Assembly (NCBI GenBank): GCA_965263055.1
Contig: OZ253581.1
Span: 4,200,408 to 4,264,407 of the forward strand
DNA length: 64,000 nt
Source of the DNA: Vicinamibacterales bacterium
GTDB lineage: Bacteria; Acidobacteriota; Vicinamibacteria; Vicinamibacterales; UBA8438
Direction: 5' to 3'
Of this stretch, positions 8,347 to 18,428 are shown piece by piece. Under the pieces are notes generated by a model, which worked only from the letters and a program-made list of their open reading frames with translations, was not told the origin of the DNA and searched no databases. The position numbers were made by a program, and so were the translations under genes. Numbering within the stretch: position 1 is the first letter of the stretch; each line of letters starts with the position of its first letter.

Positions 8347-9615
8347 TCAGTTGGCGACGGCAGCGCCGCTCGCATAGTCCATCATCAGGCGGATTGGCGC
8401 CGCCGTGTCGGCGCCGAACAGCGACCGTCCCGGCGTATGGTCGGCGCCCGGGTGGATGACCGCCTCCACCTCGATAGTGGTCCCGCGCGGCAGGGTGATC
8501 GGCGCATCGAACCAGTAGCGGGTGGGCCAAGCCGTATCCGGCTCGCGCAGGAACAGCATCGGCACTCGAGAACCATCAGGGGTCACCGCCACGACCTGGA
8601 CATCCTTCGCCTCGATCTCGATCTCCGGCAATATGGCGAGCACTTGCATGTCGCCATCGATTGCCTGGCTGAAGCTGATGGTCTGCCCTGTGTCGTCGGC
8701 CGGTGATGCGATCACTATCGATTCAATGGCGGCGGCGTCGCCCTCGGCGAAGTAGAGGCCGATGCGGCTCTGGTCCATGAACTCCTGTCCCTCCGTGATC
8801 CAGGTCTTCCTGTAATGGACCCGCACGACGACATCGGCGCCTGCTGGCATCCGGTGAGCAGTGTCTTCCAGAACGACACTCGGCCGGCCGGGCGACCAGA
8901 GTGCCACCGGCGCGGCGGTGCGGAAGTCGTTGCCGTCGGGCTCGGCAAAGCCGGGCTCGGGGTCAGCCTCGTCGAGCGCGCGCGCCGCGCCCGAGGTGTC
9001 GATGTAGATCGCCACGTCCCGGACGACCGCGCTGGCGCCCGGCATAACGTCGGCGCCGCTCACGAGGCGGTCGGCGTCACTGCCGGAGGGCACCACGAAG
9101 TAGCGCACCGTGTCGGTGGTCCCGACATCGAGGGTGAACGGATCCGGTATCTCGAGCTGCAGGTCGGGTGCACCCAGAGGCCAGTCCGTGGGGGCGGTGA
9201 CCGGGTCGGGCGGCATGTTGCGCGGCCCCTGCGGATAGCCGCCGCTCGACCACTCCAGGATCATGTCCATCTCCTTGGCGGGGAGAGCGTGACCGTTCCG
9301 GAAGTCGCCGAAGCCGTCCTCCGCGTTCCAGGGCGGCATCCGAAGACCGAGCACCTCCTCGCGGATCGACTGCGCCCAGGGGAAAGCCTCGTTGTAGGTG
9401 ACGAGCGACATCGGTGCGATGCCTCCCTCGCGGTGACAGGCGCCGCAGTTGTCGCGGAAAATCGGGAAGAGGTGCTCGTTGTAGTTCCAGCGGGAGGCGA
9501 TCGGCGTATGCGTCTCTGTCGGGGAGCTTCCGGTCAACACGATCGCCACGGCGAGCAGTGCGCCGGCCACAATGCGCACGAACGCGGGGCGGAACACCCG
9601 ATGTCTCGATGTCAC
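8347..9615 (-). CDS. exported CxxCH (heme c motif) protein with monooxygenase-like beta-sandwich C-terminal region
   Basis: Trimmed to the GTG at 9615, which overlaps the upstream stop (GTGA). It has an N-terminal TM/signal segment. The motif FRDNCGACHREGGIAPMSL...MPPW is a pattern common in uncharacterised Acidobacteria/Planctomycete-type proteins. Confidence 0.55.
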   Translation of the reverse strand: MTSRHRVFRPAFVRIVAGALLAVAIVLTGSSPTETHTPIASRWNYNEHLFPIFRDNCGACHREGGIAPMSLVTYNEAFPWAQSIREEVLGLRMPPWNAEDGFGDFRNGHALPAKEMDMILEWSSGGYPQGPRNMPPDPVTAPTDWPLGAPDLQLEIPDPFTLDVGTTDTVRYFVVPSGSDADRLVSGADVMPGASAVVRDVAIYIDTSGAARALDEADPEPGFAEPDGNDFRTAAPVALWSPGRPSVVLEDTAHRMPAGADVVVRVHYRKTWITEGQEFMDQSRIGLYFAEGDAAAIESIVIASPADDTGQTISFSQAIDGDMQVLAILPEIEIEAKDVQVVAVTPDGSRVPMLFLREPDTAWPTRYWFDAPITLPRGTTIEVEAVIHPGADHTPGRSLFGADTAAPIRLMMDYASGAAVAN

Positions 9616-10844
9616 GGTTCCACACTCCCGTAGATCTCGGCAATGAGATCGACCGCTTCGTTGAAAACATCGTGCGCTTCGTTCACCTGCTGCCTGTTGC
9701 CCAGGTCGCCGTACCAATCGAGCAGCCAGGCGGCGCGGACGAGGCTTCGAACGGCGATCCGAACCATGTTGCGGTCCTGCGCCGACAGATCCCCTGCCCG
9801 GTCGTGCAGCGCGAGCGCCAGCTCCTTCGACTGCAGCGCGGGAATGAAGATCTCCGTGAATCCGCCGGTCGCCACCAGATTGGCAATCTCGTCGTTCCGA
9901 TCGCTGATCCCCTGCACGATGTCGCTTGTCAGTTCCGGGATCCGCGGGCGGATCCGCTCGGCCAGCGGCAGCGTGTCGGGCACCGCGGCCGCCGGAGAAG
10001 TGTCGACGATGTCCGGCTCGGTGGAGGAGAACTCGCTGAAGATGAAGTCGAACCGGTCTTCCGGGAAGTCCTCGACGATCCGAATCTTGGTGATCATCTC
10101 GGCAGGAAAGGGCTGATCTCCCACTTCCGCCTCGAGGTACGCACCGTCGGGCGACGGCAGCAGCACGGCTGCTCGGACGTCAACGAACTCGTCACTTTCC
10201 GCGTCGTACTCCTCCTCGAGGACGACCCGTCCCATCCAGAAGGTGACGTCGACCGGCTCGCGGTAGTTGTCGGTCGCATAGAGCCGGAAGACCGCCGGCT
10301 CGGGGTAAACGCCCTCGACATGGTGAAAGCTGTCGGGCGCCATGAAGACTCGTCCGCCATACTGCGGGTCGTGGTTCATGTGTGCGCCCGGTGCCGCGTC
10401 GACTACGCCACAGGTAAGCATTTCCGATCCGTAGTACGGATTGCGGACCGGGCCGTCCTCCTGTACCCAGTTCGATCCGCCGTCGTACATCGGACAGTAC
10501 GCGCGCGCATAGCCCTGCGGCAGCTCCATTGCCGCCAGAAACTCGGACAGCGGCTTGAAGTCGCTCCGCATCGTCGTGATGTCTTCCGCATCCGCCGCCA
10601 CTTCCGCCAGCGGTCGAATGGTCGGATCCGCAATGGCCATGAGGCCGGCAAGCGCGGTTTGGGCACCTTCGAAGTCATCGGCCGCCAGCGCCGTCTGCGC
10701 TCGAACGTACTCGGCAAGCTGAGTGGGCAAGTCGGCTGGCTCCGCGGCAACGGGCAAGACGGACGCGTTTCGGGCGGCGCAGCCGGCCAGCGGCAAACCA
10801 AGCGCAAGGCCGATGGCGACAACCCGTATGAATTGTTGAGCCAT
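9612..10844 (-). CDS. lipoprotein with DUF3347-like and His-rich putative metal-binding regions
   Basis: Trimmed to the ATG at 10844 (MAQQFIRVVAIGLALGLPLAGC lipobox). AYCPMYDGGSNWVQEDGPVRNPYYGSEMLTCG resembles the DUF3347 signature. It is followed by HMNHDPQYGG...FHHVEG. Confidence 0.5.
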   Translation of the reverse strand: MAQQFIRVVAIGLALGLPLAGCAARNASVLPVAAEPADLPTQLAEYVRAQTALAADDFEGAQTALAGLMAIADPTIRPLAEVAADAEDITTMRSDFKPLSEFLAAMELPQGYARAYCPMYDGGSNWVQEDGPVRNPYYGSEMLTCGVVDAAPGAHMNHDPQYGGRVFMAPDSFHHVEGVYPEPAVFRLYATDNYREPVDVTFWMGRVVLEEEYDAESDEFVDVRAAVLLPSPDGAYLEAEVGDQPFPAEMITKIRIVEDFPEDRFDFIFSEFSSTEPDIVDTSPAAAVPDTLPLAERIRPRIPELTSDIVQGISDRNDEIANLVATGGFTEIFIPALQSKELALALHDRAGDLSAQDRNMVRIAVRSLVRAAWLLDWYGDLGNRQQVNEAHDVFNEAVDLIAEIYGSVEP

Positions 10845-10888
10845 CTGTCGGAACCCCTGTAGAGTGGTGCGAATCTGGTTGTTCGACT

Positions 10889-11812
10889 TTGCCCAGTATA
10901 CAACGCTGGTCTCGTGCCGACCGAGCCCGGGAGTTGGTTGAAGCCTGGCTCGACGACCTGAAAGGCGTCCGTCGGCTGTCACCTCATACCCTCGCGAGCT
11001 ACCGCCGGGACCTGGCAGCACTCACAGCCTATGCCGACGGCCGGCGTAAGGGAATCGATCGTCTTCGCCGGCAGGACCTGGAAGCGTTCATCCGCGAGCG
11101 GATGACGCTCGGCCTGGCGCCCCGCTCGGTTGCCCGTACGATCGCCGGCGTCCGCAGCTTCTACCGCTTCCTCGTGACCGACGGCCGGATTGACGAGAAC
11201 CCGGCCGAAGATGTGCGGGCCCCGCGGTCGTGGCCGGCGCTGCCGTTGGCGCTTTCGTTCGAGGCGATTGACACCTTGATCGCCCAGCCTGATACCGGCA
11301 CGCCGGCCGGCCTCCGCGACCGGGCGCTGATCGAACTCCTGTACGCAACCGGTCTCCGCGTCTCGGAACTGTTGTCGCTTCGCCCCGGCGACCTGAACCT
11401 GCAGCACGGGTATCTCACCTGCCTTGGCAAGGGAAACAAGGAACGCCTGGTGCCGATGGGCGGACCTGCAGTCGAGTGGGTGACGCACTACCAGAAGGAT
11501 GCCCGGCCGGTGCTGCTCAAGGGGCGGACATCGCCCTGGCTGTTCGTCAACGCCCGGGGGGGCGGAAACTTGAGCCGGGTCGGTTTCTGGAAGAAACTGA
11601 AACAATACGGCCAGCGGGCGGGGCTGCCGCGGGACCTGAGTCCCCATGTGCTCCGGCATTCGTTCGCCACGCATCTCCTGGAGCGGGGGGCGGATCTCCG
11701 ATCGATCCAGACGCTGCTCGGACATGCCGACCTGTCGACGACGCAGATTTACACGCATGTTCTGGACGCGCGACTCAAGGCGGTCTACGAGATGTTTCAT
11801 CCGCGGGCGTGA
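10889..11812 (+). CDS. xerD: tyrosine recombinase XerD/XerC family
   Basis: LSPHTLASYRRDL core-binding region and C-terminal HVLRHSFATHLLERGADLRSIQTLLGHADLSTTQIYTHV with the catalytic Tyr. TTG start is uncertain. Confidence 0.8.
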   Translation: MPSIQRWSRADRARELVEAWLDDLKGVRRLSPHTLASYRRDLAALTAYADGRRKGIDRLRRQDLEAFIRERMTLGLAPRSVARTIAGVRSFYRFLVTDGRIDENPAEDVRAPRSWPALPLALSFEAIDTLIAQPDTGTPAGLRDRALIELLYATGLRVSELLSLRPGDLNLQHGYLTCLGKGNKERLVPMGGPAVEWVTHYQKDARPVLLKGRTSPWLFVNARGGGNLSRVGFWKKLKQYGQRAGLPRDLSPHVLRHSFATHLLERGADLRSIQTLLGHADLSTTQIYTHVLDARLKAVYEMFHPRA

Positions 11813-11916
11813 CTAGCGTTGATCGGGTGGCGTAAAGACTGTACCCTCTGCGGTTGCCGTGAGCGCGTCTCGCCCGCCGCGCCCGCGCGATAGTGAGTGA
11901 AGGAGAACCACGACCC

Positions 11917-13104
11917 ATGCACCGAACCGGCCACTACCTGTTCACTTCCGAGTCGGTCACCGAAGGACATCCGGACAAGATCGCCGATCAGGTCTCGGAC
12001 GGCGTCCTCGACGCGATCCTCGCCCAGGACCCCACCGGGCGCGTGGCTTGCGAGTCGCTCCTGACGACCAACCTGATCGTTCTGGCGGGGGAGATCACCA
12101 CCAGTGCCGAGGTCGACTACGAGGCTGTTGCGCGCGACGCAGTCCGCGACGTCGGCTACACCGATGCGGCGTTCGGCTTCGACGCCGATAGCTGCGAGGT
12201 GCAGGTGAGGCTGCACAGCCAGTCGCCCGACATTGCGATGGGAGTCGACCCGGGTGGCGCGGGCGATCAGGGGTTGATGTTCGGCTATGCCTGTACGGAG
12301 ACGCCGGAGCGGATGCCACTCCCCATCGCGTTGGCGCACCGCCTGGTGCGGGCGCTGTCGAAGGCGAGGCGCGATGGCGTGCTTGAGTATCTCCGGCCGG
12401 ATGGGAAATCTCAGGTCACCGTCGAGTACAACGGTGACGAGCCGCAGCGGATCCATACAGTCGTCGTGTCGAGTCAGCACAGCGACAAGGTGTCGACCGA
12501 GCAGTTGCGCGCGGAGATCGAGGAAGCGGTCGTCCGTTCGACGTTACCCGCGGATCTGCTGGACGATCGGACGATCGTCCATGTGAATCCGACCGGCCGG
12601 TTCGTCACCGGCGGACCGCACGGCGACTGCGGCCTGACTGGGCGGAAGATCATAGTCGACACCTACGGCGGCATGGCTCCCCACGGCGGCGGCGCGTTCT
12701 CGGGAAAGGATCCGACGAAGGTGGACCGTTCGGCTGCGTACATGGCGCGCTACATCGCGAAGAACTGTGTTGCGGCGGGCCTCGCCGACCGTGTGCAGGT
12801 GCAGCTGGCGTATGCGATCGGCGTAGCCGATCCGGTCTCGGTACTTGTCGAGACGTTCGACACCGGCACAACCGGCATTACAGACGAACAGCTCGGCGAC
12901 CTCGTGCGGGCGCACTTTGCACTGAAACCGCGGGAGATCATGGAGACACTCGACCTGCGCAGGCCGATCTACCGTTCAGCGGCGGCGTTCGGCCATTTCG
13001 GACGCTCGGAGCCCGGCTTCACCTGGGAGCGGACCGACAAGGCGGATGCTCTGCGCGCGGCGGCCGGCGCGCCCGAACGCGAGGCGGCGGCGGTCCACTC
13101 CTGA
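11917..13104 (+). CDS. metK: S-adenosylmethionine synthetase
   Basis: Start set at ATG 11917, 10 nt after [29 protein letters not shown] and GGGAFSGKD motifs are present. Confidence 0.95.
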   Translation: MHRTGHYLFTSESVTEGHPDKIADQVSDGVLDAILAQDPTGRVACESLLTTNLIVLAGEITTSAEVDYEAVARDAVRDVGYTDAAFGFDADSCEVQVRLHSQSPDIAMGVDPGGAGDQGLMFGYACTETPERMPLPIALAHRLVRALSKARRDGVLEYLRPDGKSQVTVEYNGDEPQRIHTVVVSSQHSDKVSTEQLRAEIEEAVVRSTLPADLLDDRTIVHVNPTGRFVTGGPHGDCGLTGRKIIVDTYGGMAPHGGGAFSGKDPTKVDRSAAYMARYIAKNCVAAGLADRVQVQLAYAIGVADPVSVLVETFDTGTTGITDEQLGDLVRAHFALKPREIMETLDLRRPIYRSAAAFGHFGRSEPGFTWERTDKADALRAAAGAPEREAAAVHS

Positions 13105-13175
13105 ACCCCCAGACCGCGGAGGCCTGCACCGGAGGGCGCGACCCCCAGTAGGATCAGCGCCCCGGGATATCGCTC

Positions 13176-15023
13176 ATGGAACGGCGAGCTGGGCGGTTCC
13201 AGCCTCTCATCACGACAGTCGCCCTTGCGGCGGCTGCCGGCGTCGCCGTCAGCCTGCTGTTGCCTCCCGCAGCGCGGGTCGTCGAGATGTCGTCGGCGTT
13301 GCGAGCCGGCCCGGGTGGAACGGATGGCACGGCGGACCGTTTTGCCCGGACGGCGCGCGGCGTGTACCACGTCCACAGCCGTCGCTCGGACGGCAGCGGG
13401 ACGGTGCCGGATATCGCAGCGGCAGCCGCGGCGGCCAGCCTCGACTTTGTCATCCTGACCGACCACGGCGACGGTACCACGATCGCGCAGCCGGCGTACT
13501 ACGAAGGCGTGCTGATAATCGATGGTGTCGAAATCAGCACCGACGGAGGTCACTACGCGGCGGTGGGTCTCGACTCGGTCCCGTACCCTCTCGGCGGCGA
13601 TGCACGCGGCGTCATAGAGGATGTCCGCCGCCTTGGCGGGATTGGAATCGCGGCACATCCGACGTCGCCCAGACCGGCGCTGGCCTGGTCCGACCCGTCG
13701 CTGCAGGTGGACGCGGTGGAATGGATCAATGGCGACAGCGCTTGGCGCGACGAGAACTGGAGGTCGCTGCTGCGCGTCCTGTTCGGCTACTGGATCCGGC
13801 CCGCGGAAAGCCTCGCCTTGATGCTCGCACGTCCCGAGGCCGCGTTGGCGCTCTGGGACGAGCTCGCGTCCGACCGGCGCGTCGTCGGTCTCGGTGCGGT
13901 TGACGCACACGCGCGCCTGCCGATGGGAACGGACGACGAGGAATACCACGGGGAAGGGGTGGGGCCGGACGACAGTGAGAACGACGACCTTCGGTTGCCA
14001 GGCTACGAACCGGTCTTCCGCACACTGTCGGTGCAGGTCGAGCTGGATCGGCCTCTCATCGGGCGCGCGCCGGCGGACGCCGCGGCGATCCTGTCGTCGC
14101 TCCGCGACGGAAGGGTCTATACGGCGGTCAACGCCATCGGCGCCCCGGCCCGGTTCGGCTGGACCGGCCGGAGTACAGGCGGGCGACGCATTCGGATGGG
14201 GGAGTGGACCGCGGGAGAAGCATCGGTCACGCTCACCGCGCGGGTGGCTGGTCCGGACGACGCGACATTCACGCTCCGGCGCAACGGCGAGCCGGTGGTA
14301 GCGGGACAGCCAGGTCCGTCACTGTCGTACCGCACGCCGGTGGCACCCAACGAGTGGACCGCCTACCGCGTCGAAGTGTTCCTGCCCGGCGGCCCCGGCA
14401 ATCCACCCGTCCCCTGGATTGTGAGCAACCCGATCTACGTCGGGGGGGAGCTGCCGCAAGTGGGAATGGATACGCCAGCGGAGGAGTCACCCCTCTCGGC
14501 TGGGGTGTCCGTAGACGATCCTTCGGTACCCGTACCGGGTCGACAGCTTGCCCGCGAATGGCGGGTGGAGCAGAGCGATGCCGAGGTTTCCATGACGTCG
14601 GACGTGCTCTGGCCAGGAACGGAAACCCCCGGCGCGCAGGTCCGGTTGACGTTCGAGCTGGGATCCGATGCGGAGACGTACGCCGCCGCCGTGCATGCCC
14701 TCGAGCCAGGGGAACTGGCCGGAGCGACCGCGGTTCGTTTCGAAGCTGAAGCGTCGGGCCCCATGCGGCTCTCGCTGCAGGTGCGGCGTGGTGATCCGGC
14801 GGGCGGCGCGGGTGACCGCTGGCGCCGCTCATTCTACGCCGATCCCGAGCGGCGGCCCGTGACGATCCCGCTCGATCAACTTGTCCCGGTGACGCCGGAC
14901 CTGGCGGCGCAACCGGCCACAACAACCATCGACAGCCTCCTGATCGTTATCGACACGGTCAACACCTTCCCCGGCACGCGTGGCGTCCTGACGATTACCG
15001 CCCCGCGCCTGATTGCGCCGTAG
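13176..15023 (+). CDS. membrane-anchored PHP-domain (CehA/McbA-like) metallophosphoesterase with large uncharacterised C-terminal region
   Basis: N-terminal TM helix. YHVHSRRSDGSG...DFVILTDHGD matches PHP motifs. No recognisable domain in the last ~330 aa. Confidence 0.65.
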   Translation: MERRAGRFQPLITTVALAAAAGVAVSLLLPPAARVVEMSSALRAGPGGTDGTADRFARTARGVYHVHSRRSDGSGTVPDIAAAAAAASLDFVILTDHGDGTTIAQPAYYEGVLIIDGVEISTDGGHYAAVGLDSVPYPLGGDARGVIEDVRRLGGIGIAAHPTSPRPALAWSDPSLQVDAVEWINGDSAWRDENWRSLLRVLFGYWIRPAESLALMLARPEAALALWDELASDRRVVGLGAVDAHARLPMGTDDEEYHGEGVGPDDSENDDLRLPGYEPVFRTLSVQVELDRPLIGRAPADAAAILSSLRDGRVYTAVNAIGAPARFGWTGRSTGGRRIRMGEWTAGEASVTLTARVAGPDDATFTLRRNGEPVVAGQPGPSLSYRTPVAPNEWTAYRVEVFLPGGPGNPPVPWIVSNPIYVGGELPQVGMDTPAEESPLSAGVSVDDPSVPVPGRQLAREWRVEQSDAEVSMTSDVLWPGTETPGAQVRLTFELGSDAETYAAAVHALEPGELAGATAVRFEAEASGPMRLSLQVRRGDPAGGAGDRWRRSFYADPERRPVTIPLDQLVPVTPDLAAQPATTTIDSLLIVIDTVNTFPGTRGVLTITAPRLIAP

Positions 15024-15036
15024 ACCCTCGATCCCG

Positions 15037-17406
15037 TCAGGTGCGAACGGCGAAGAGGAAATAGCCGGCAGACGCTCCGAAAAAGGCGTTGGGCGCCCAC
15101 GCCGCAATGATCGGCGTGAGAATGCCGGCGCTGCCGAAGGCCGCGAAGATGCTCACGACGATCCAGTAGGTGAACGCGAGGGCGATGCCGACCCCGACGC
15201 CGTACAGGGTGCCGCGTCGCCCGGTGGTGACTGCGAACGGAATCGCGATCAGCGTCAGGATCACCGTGACGAAGGGAAATGACGCCTTCCGGTGAAGCGC
15301 CACCACCAGGCCCACTACATCGAAGCCGCGTGTTCGCAGTTCGTCGATGTATTGCTGCAGTTCCCGAAAGCTCATCAGTTCGGCCTCCGGCAGCTCCGCC
15401 GCGAACACCTCCGGTGGCGCAACCGTCGGCAGCAAACGGTCGGCGTCGCGCCGGTAGGCCGTGCCGTCCGACATCGCGACGGAGAAGTCCCGCTCCCACA
15501 CGTCGCGGCCCTCCCAGACCCCAGCTGTCTCGCCGCTTCCGCCGAACGTCGCCGCGGCTACGAAAGTCCGCCGCGTGAGTGACCAGGGGCGCCCCTCGAA
15601 CTCGAAGATCGACAGCGCTCCCACCTCCTGCCGATCCGGATCGAAGTGGAGGTAGTGGTAGATGTCGCCGTCATCGTCTACCAGCCACCGGCGGTTCAAC
15701 GGGTCGAACATCTGGACGCGCCCGGTCCGGATCTGCTGGTTGAGCGCTTCCGCATGCCGGTTCGCTCTGGCGAGGACCGTCTCGGCCATCATGAACAGGC
15801 AGCCGCTCCAGATCAGGCTGAAGGCGAGGATCGGTAGCGCTACCCGGTACAGGCTGATGCCGCATGCCTTCATGACGGTCAGCTCGCTCGTCCGGGTCAG
15901 AACGCCGATCGTCACGAGGGTCGCAACGAGCCCCGCTATAGGCAGAACGTAGTAGACGAACTGCGGCGTGGCGTACCAGAGATACTCCAGCAGCATCAGG
16001 CCGCTTGCTTGCTCCTTGAACAGGTTGTCGGAGAGTTCGATGAACGTCGTGATGTAGAAGATGCCGAGCAGGCCGATGAATGCCAGGCCGACCCACCGGA
16101 GGTACATCCGCGTTACGTACCAGTCGAGGATGCTGACGCCGATCGTGGCCGATCCGGTCGGGACGGTGACCAGGGTTTCTCCGTTGCCGCCCGGCGCGCT
16201 CGCCCGGTCGGCCGTCGCCGATTCCCTCGCGGTTTCCGCGCCAGCCGTCCGACGGGGGAGTAGACGTGCCGCCAGCGCGACACCCGGCAGGCGCCGGTCG
16301 GCCCGGCCGGTGCGCCACCAGACCAGCACGATACCCGCGATCCCCAGGACTATGTTGGGCAGCCATCGCGCCAGATGAGGCGAGACGCGCTGGCCCATCG
16401 CCATCGCCTCCCCCGTGTACATCACGATCCAATAGGCAAAGATCACGCCGATACCGAGTGCGAAACTGGCGAGGCGCCCATCCCTCCGGTTGCTGATCCC
16501 GAACGCGGCGCCCAGCAGGACGAAGACGAAGCAGGCCACCGGGATGGAAAACTTCTGGTGGAGGTACATGACCGGCCAGTGAGGGGAGAGCCCGTCAGCC
16601 TGCATCTCCGCGGCTCGCTCCCGTAGCTCCGGGATCGTCATCTCCGAGTAGCCTTCCTGCAGGCCACCGACCGGGAACCGCGAGGTTGCGTCGATCTGAA
16701 TCAGCAGATCCTCAAACGCGTGCCGCTCATAGCCTTCCGGTTGTGCCGGATCGACATGGTGCCGTGTTCCACGCGATAGCGCGACATCGACTGTCTGGCG
16801 TTCCGCGTCGACAACGACCTGCCCCCGTTCCGCCACGTAAATGTCCGGCCGGTTCGGCTCCTGAACGTCTGCCAGGAAGACATTCGACCAGCCACCGCCC
16901 GTCTGGGAAGCCTCCTGAACGTACAGCACGAAGTTGGGGAAGTCGTCGACGTGGAAAACCCTCGGTTTGACCTCGCCTTCGGCTCGATTCGCCATCACCC
17001 GGAAGACCAGTTCGCGGAATGAATGGTTCGCCCGAGGGACGACGTCGACCATGATCCAGCAGTTCACTGCCGCCGCGATTGTCGCGAAGAGGAGGAGTGG
17101 CGCGAGGATCCGGCCGAAGCTGATGCCGCATGCCTGCATCGCCACCGTCTCGTGATCACTGGAGAGCCGTCCGAGGGCTATCAGGACACCCAGCAGGAGT
17201 CCCATCGGGATGGTTATCCCGAGCGACTGCGGAACCAGGAGCGCCAGCATCCGGCCGATCTCGCCTGGGGCTATGCCGATCCCGATCAACTCCTCCGCCC
17301 GGTCACGAATCGGTGGCAGCAGGAGCAGGAACGTGAACACCAGCAGCGACAGCAGAAAAGGCGGGACAACTTCCCGAACGATGTACCGGCTGGTGATGCG
17401 AAACAT
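15037..17406 (-). CDS. lptFG: fused LPS export permease LptF-LptG (two YjgP/YjgQ modules in one 789-aa protein)
   Basis: First half starts MFRITSRYIVREVVPPF (LptF-like). Second module starts near ILDWYVTRMYLRWVGLAF (LptG-like). Each module has multiple TM helices and a periplasmic insert. Confidence 0.8.
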   Translation of the reverse strand: MFRITSRYIVREVVPPFLLSLLVFTFLLLLPPIRDRAEELIGIGIAPGEIGRMLALLVPQSLGITIPMGLLLGVLIALGRLSSDHETVAMQACGISFGRILAPLLLFATIAAAVNCWIMVDVVPRANHSFRELVFRVMANRAEGEVKPRVFHVDDFPNFVLYVQEASQTGGGWSNVFLADVQEPNRPDIYVAERGQVVVDAERQTVDVALSRGTRHHVDPAQPEGYERHAFEDLLIQIDATSRFPVGGLQEGYSEMTIPELRERAAEMQADGLSPHWPVMYLHQKFSIPVACFVFVLLGAAFGISNRRDGRLASFALGIGVIFAYWIVMYTGEAMAMGQRVSPHLARWLPNIVLGIAGIVLVWWRTGRADRRLPGVALAARLLPRRTAGAETARESATADRASAPGGNGETLVTVPTGSATIGVSILDWYVTRMYLRWVGLAFIGLLGIFYITTFIELSDNLFKEQASGLMLLEYLWYATPQFVYYVLPIAGLVATLVTIGVLTRTSELTVMKACGISLYRVALPILAFSLIWSGCLFMMAETVLARANRHAEALNQQIRTGRVQMFDPLNRRWLVDDDGDIYHYLHFDPDRQEVGALSIFEFEGRPWSLTRRTFVAAATFGGSGETAGVWEGRDVWERDFSVAMSDGTAYRRDADRLLPTVAPPEVFAAELPEAELMSFRELQQYIDELRTRGFDVVGLVVALHRKASFPFVTVILTLIAIPFAVTTGRRGTLYGVGVGIALAFTYWIVVSIFAAFGSAGILTPIIAAWAPNAFFGASAGYFLFAVRT

Positions 17407-17606
17407 GGCGAAACTTCGATCTCCACCGATCCTATCGGCCGGTCACGTGGCGGGCCAAGCGTAGCGCCTCGATCCGACACAAGCGCGGACCCCAAACCTG
17501 ATCAGATGTTGGCTGAGCCAACGTCCGATAATGTATGTTATGTTAACTTATGGGTCGCTGCACCGCCAACAAGCGGCACCCTGGCGGCTTCCGAAGACTC
17601 GTTCTC

Positions 17607-18428
17607 TCACTCCTCCTGTTGCCGCAATTGTTCAAGGATCTGTTGTACCGCATCGATCAATTCCCGGCGCGGGACGCTTGACTTCCGGAACGCCAGGCGA
17701 AGATTGAACGTCTTGTTGGGAGCCGCATAACTGTAGACAAACGGCTTGGGCCTCCGGATCTGCCTCCGGCGCGCGGCGCGCGCCCGCTGGCGGGTGACGG
17801 CGCCGTCCCGTGACAGCTGGGCGACGAGCGCGGTCATCGCCTCGGGCGTGCGTTGCCGAACGACTTCCAGCAACAACGATTTTGACGTGATGTTTCCCAA
17901 CTGGCACAACTGCTTGACTTCGTCCGGCATCGACTGCAGCGTCAGTGTTTCCGTGATCGACGTGCGGGACTTGCCGAGGCGGTGTGCCAGTTCAGCGTGG
18001 GTGTGGCCGAACCTTTGCGCCAGCGCGTGCAGGGCCTCCGTTTCTTCGAAGGGCGTCAGATCCTTTCGCTGGAGGTTCTCGATCAGGGCGATCTCGACCG
18101 TTTCCGCGTCGTCCGCCTTTCGGATGATCACCGGGAGTTCGGTCAACCCTACCTGAACGGCTGCCTGGTACCGTCGCTCGCCGGCGATGATCCGGAAGCG
18201 GCCCTCTCGCTCGCGGACGATGAGTGGTTCGAGGATTCCCTTCTCGGTGATTGACGCCATCAGCTCCGACAGATCTCCCATCTGTTGGCGTGGCTGATCC
18301 GGGTTCGGGTCTATCCGGTCGATCGGCAGCATCCGCCCGATTGGTTCGCCGGCTGAAGCCGCGAGGGTCTCGACGTAATGCTCTTGGTGTCGCATCTGAA
18401 TCGTTGTCGGCAAACCTCGTCTAGGCAC
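17607..18428 (-). CDS. parB: chromosome partitioning protein ParB/Spo0J
   Basis: ILEPLIVREREGRFRIIAGERRYQAA ParB box and an HTH region. The GTG at 18428 overlaps the parA stop; the alternative ATG at 18395 is possible. Confidence 0.88.
   Translation of the reverse strand: MPRRGLPTTIQMRHQEHYVETLAASAGEPIGRMLPIDRIDPNPDQPRQQMGDLSELMASITEKGILEPLIVREREGRFRIIAGERRYQAAVQVGLTELPVIIRKADDAETVEIALIENLQRKDLTPFEETEALHALAQRFGHTHAELAHRLGKSRTSITETLTLQSMPDEVKQLCQLGNITSKSLLLEVVRQRTPEAMTALVAQLSRDGAVTRQRARAARRRQIRRPKPFVYSYAAPNKTFNLRLAFRKSSVPRRELIDAVQQILEQLRQQEE

Noticed and set aside
11813-11916. Possible SAM riboswitch in the 104-nt region upstream of metK
   Set aside because: I could not recognise SAM-I, SAM-II or SAM-IV core motifs by eye, and the region is short. 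A covariance-model (Rfam) scan would be needed to exclude other classes.
17508-17522. Palindrome GTTGGCT-G-AGCCAAC and AT-rich patch between parB and lptFG, considered as parS or terminator
   Set aside because: It does not resemble the parS consensus. The one-nt centre cannot form an RNA hairpin loop, and no U-tract follows. The nearby CACGTG (17444-17449) lacks the parS flanks.
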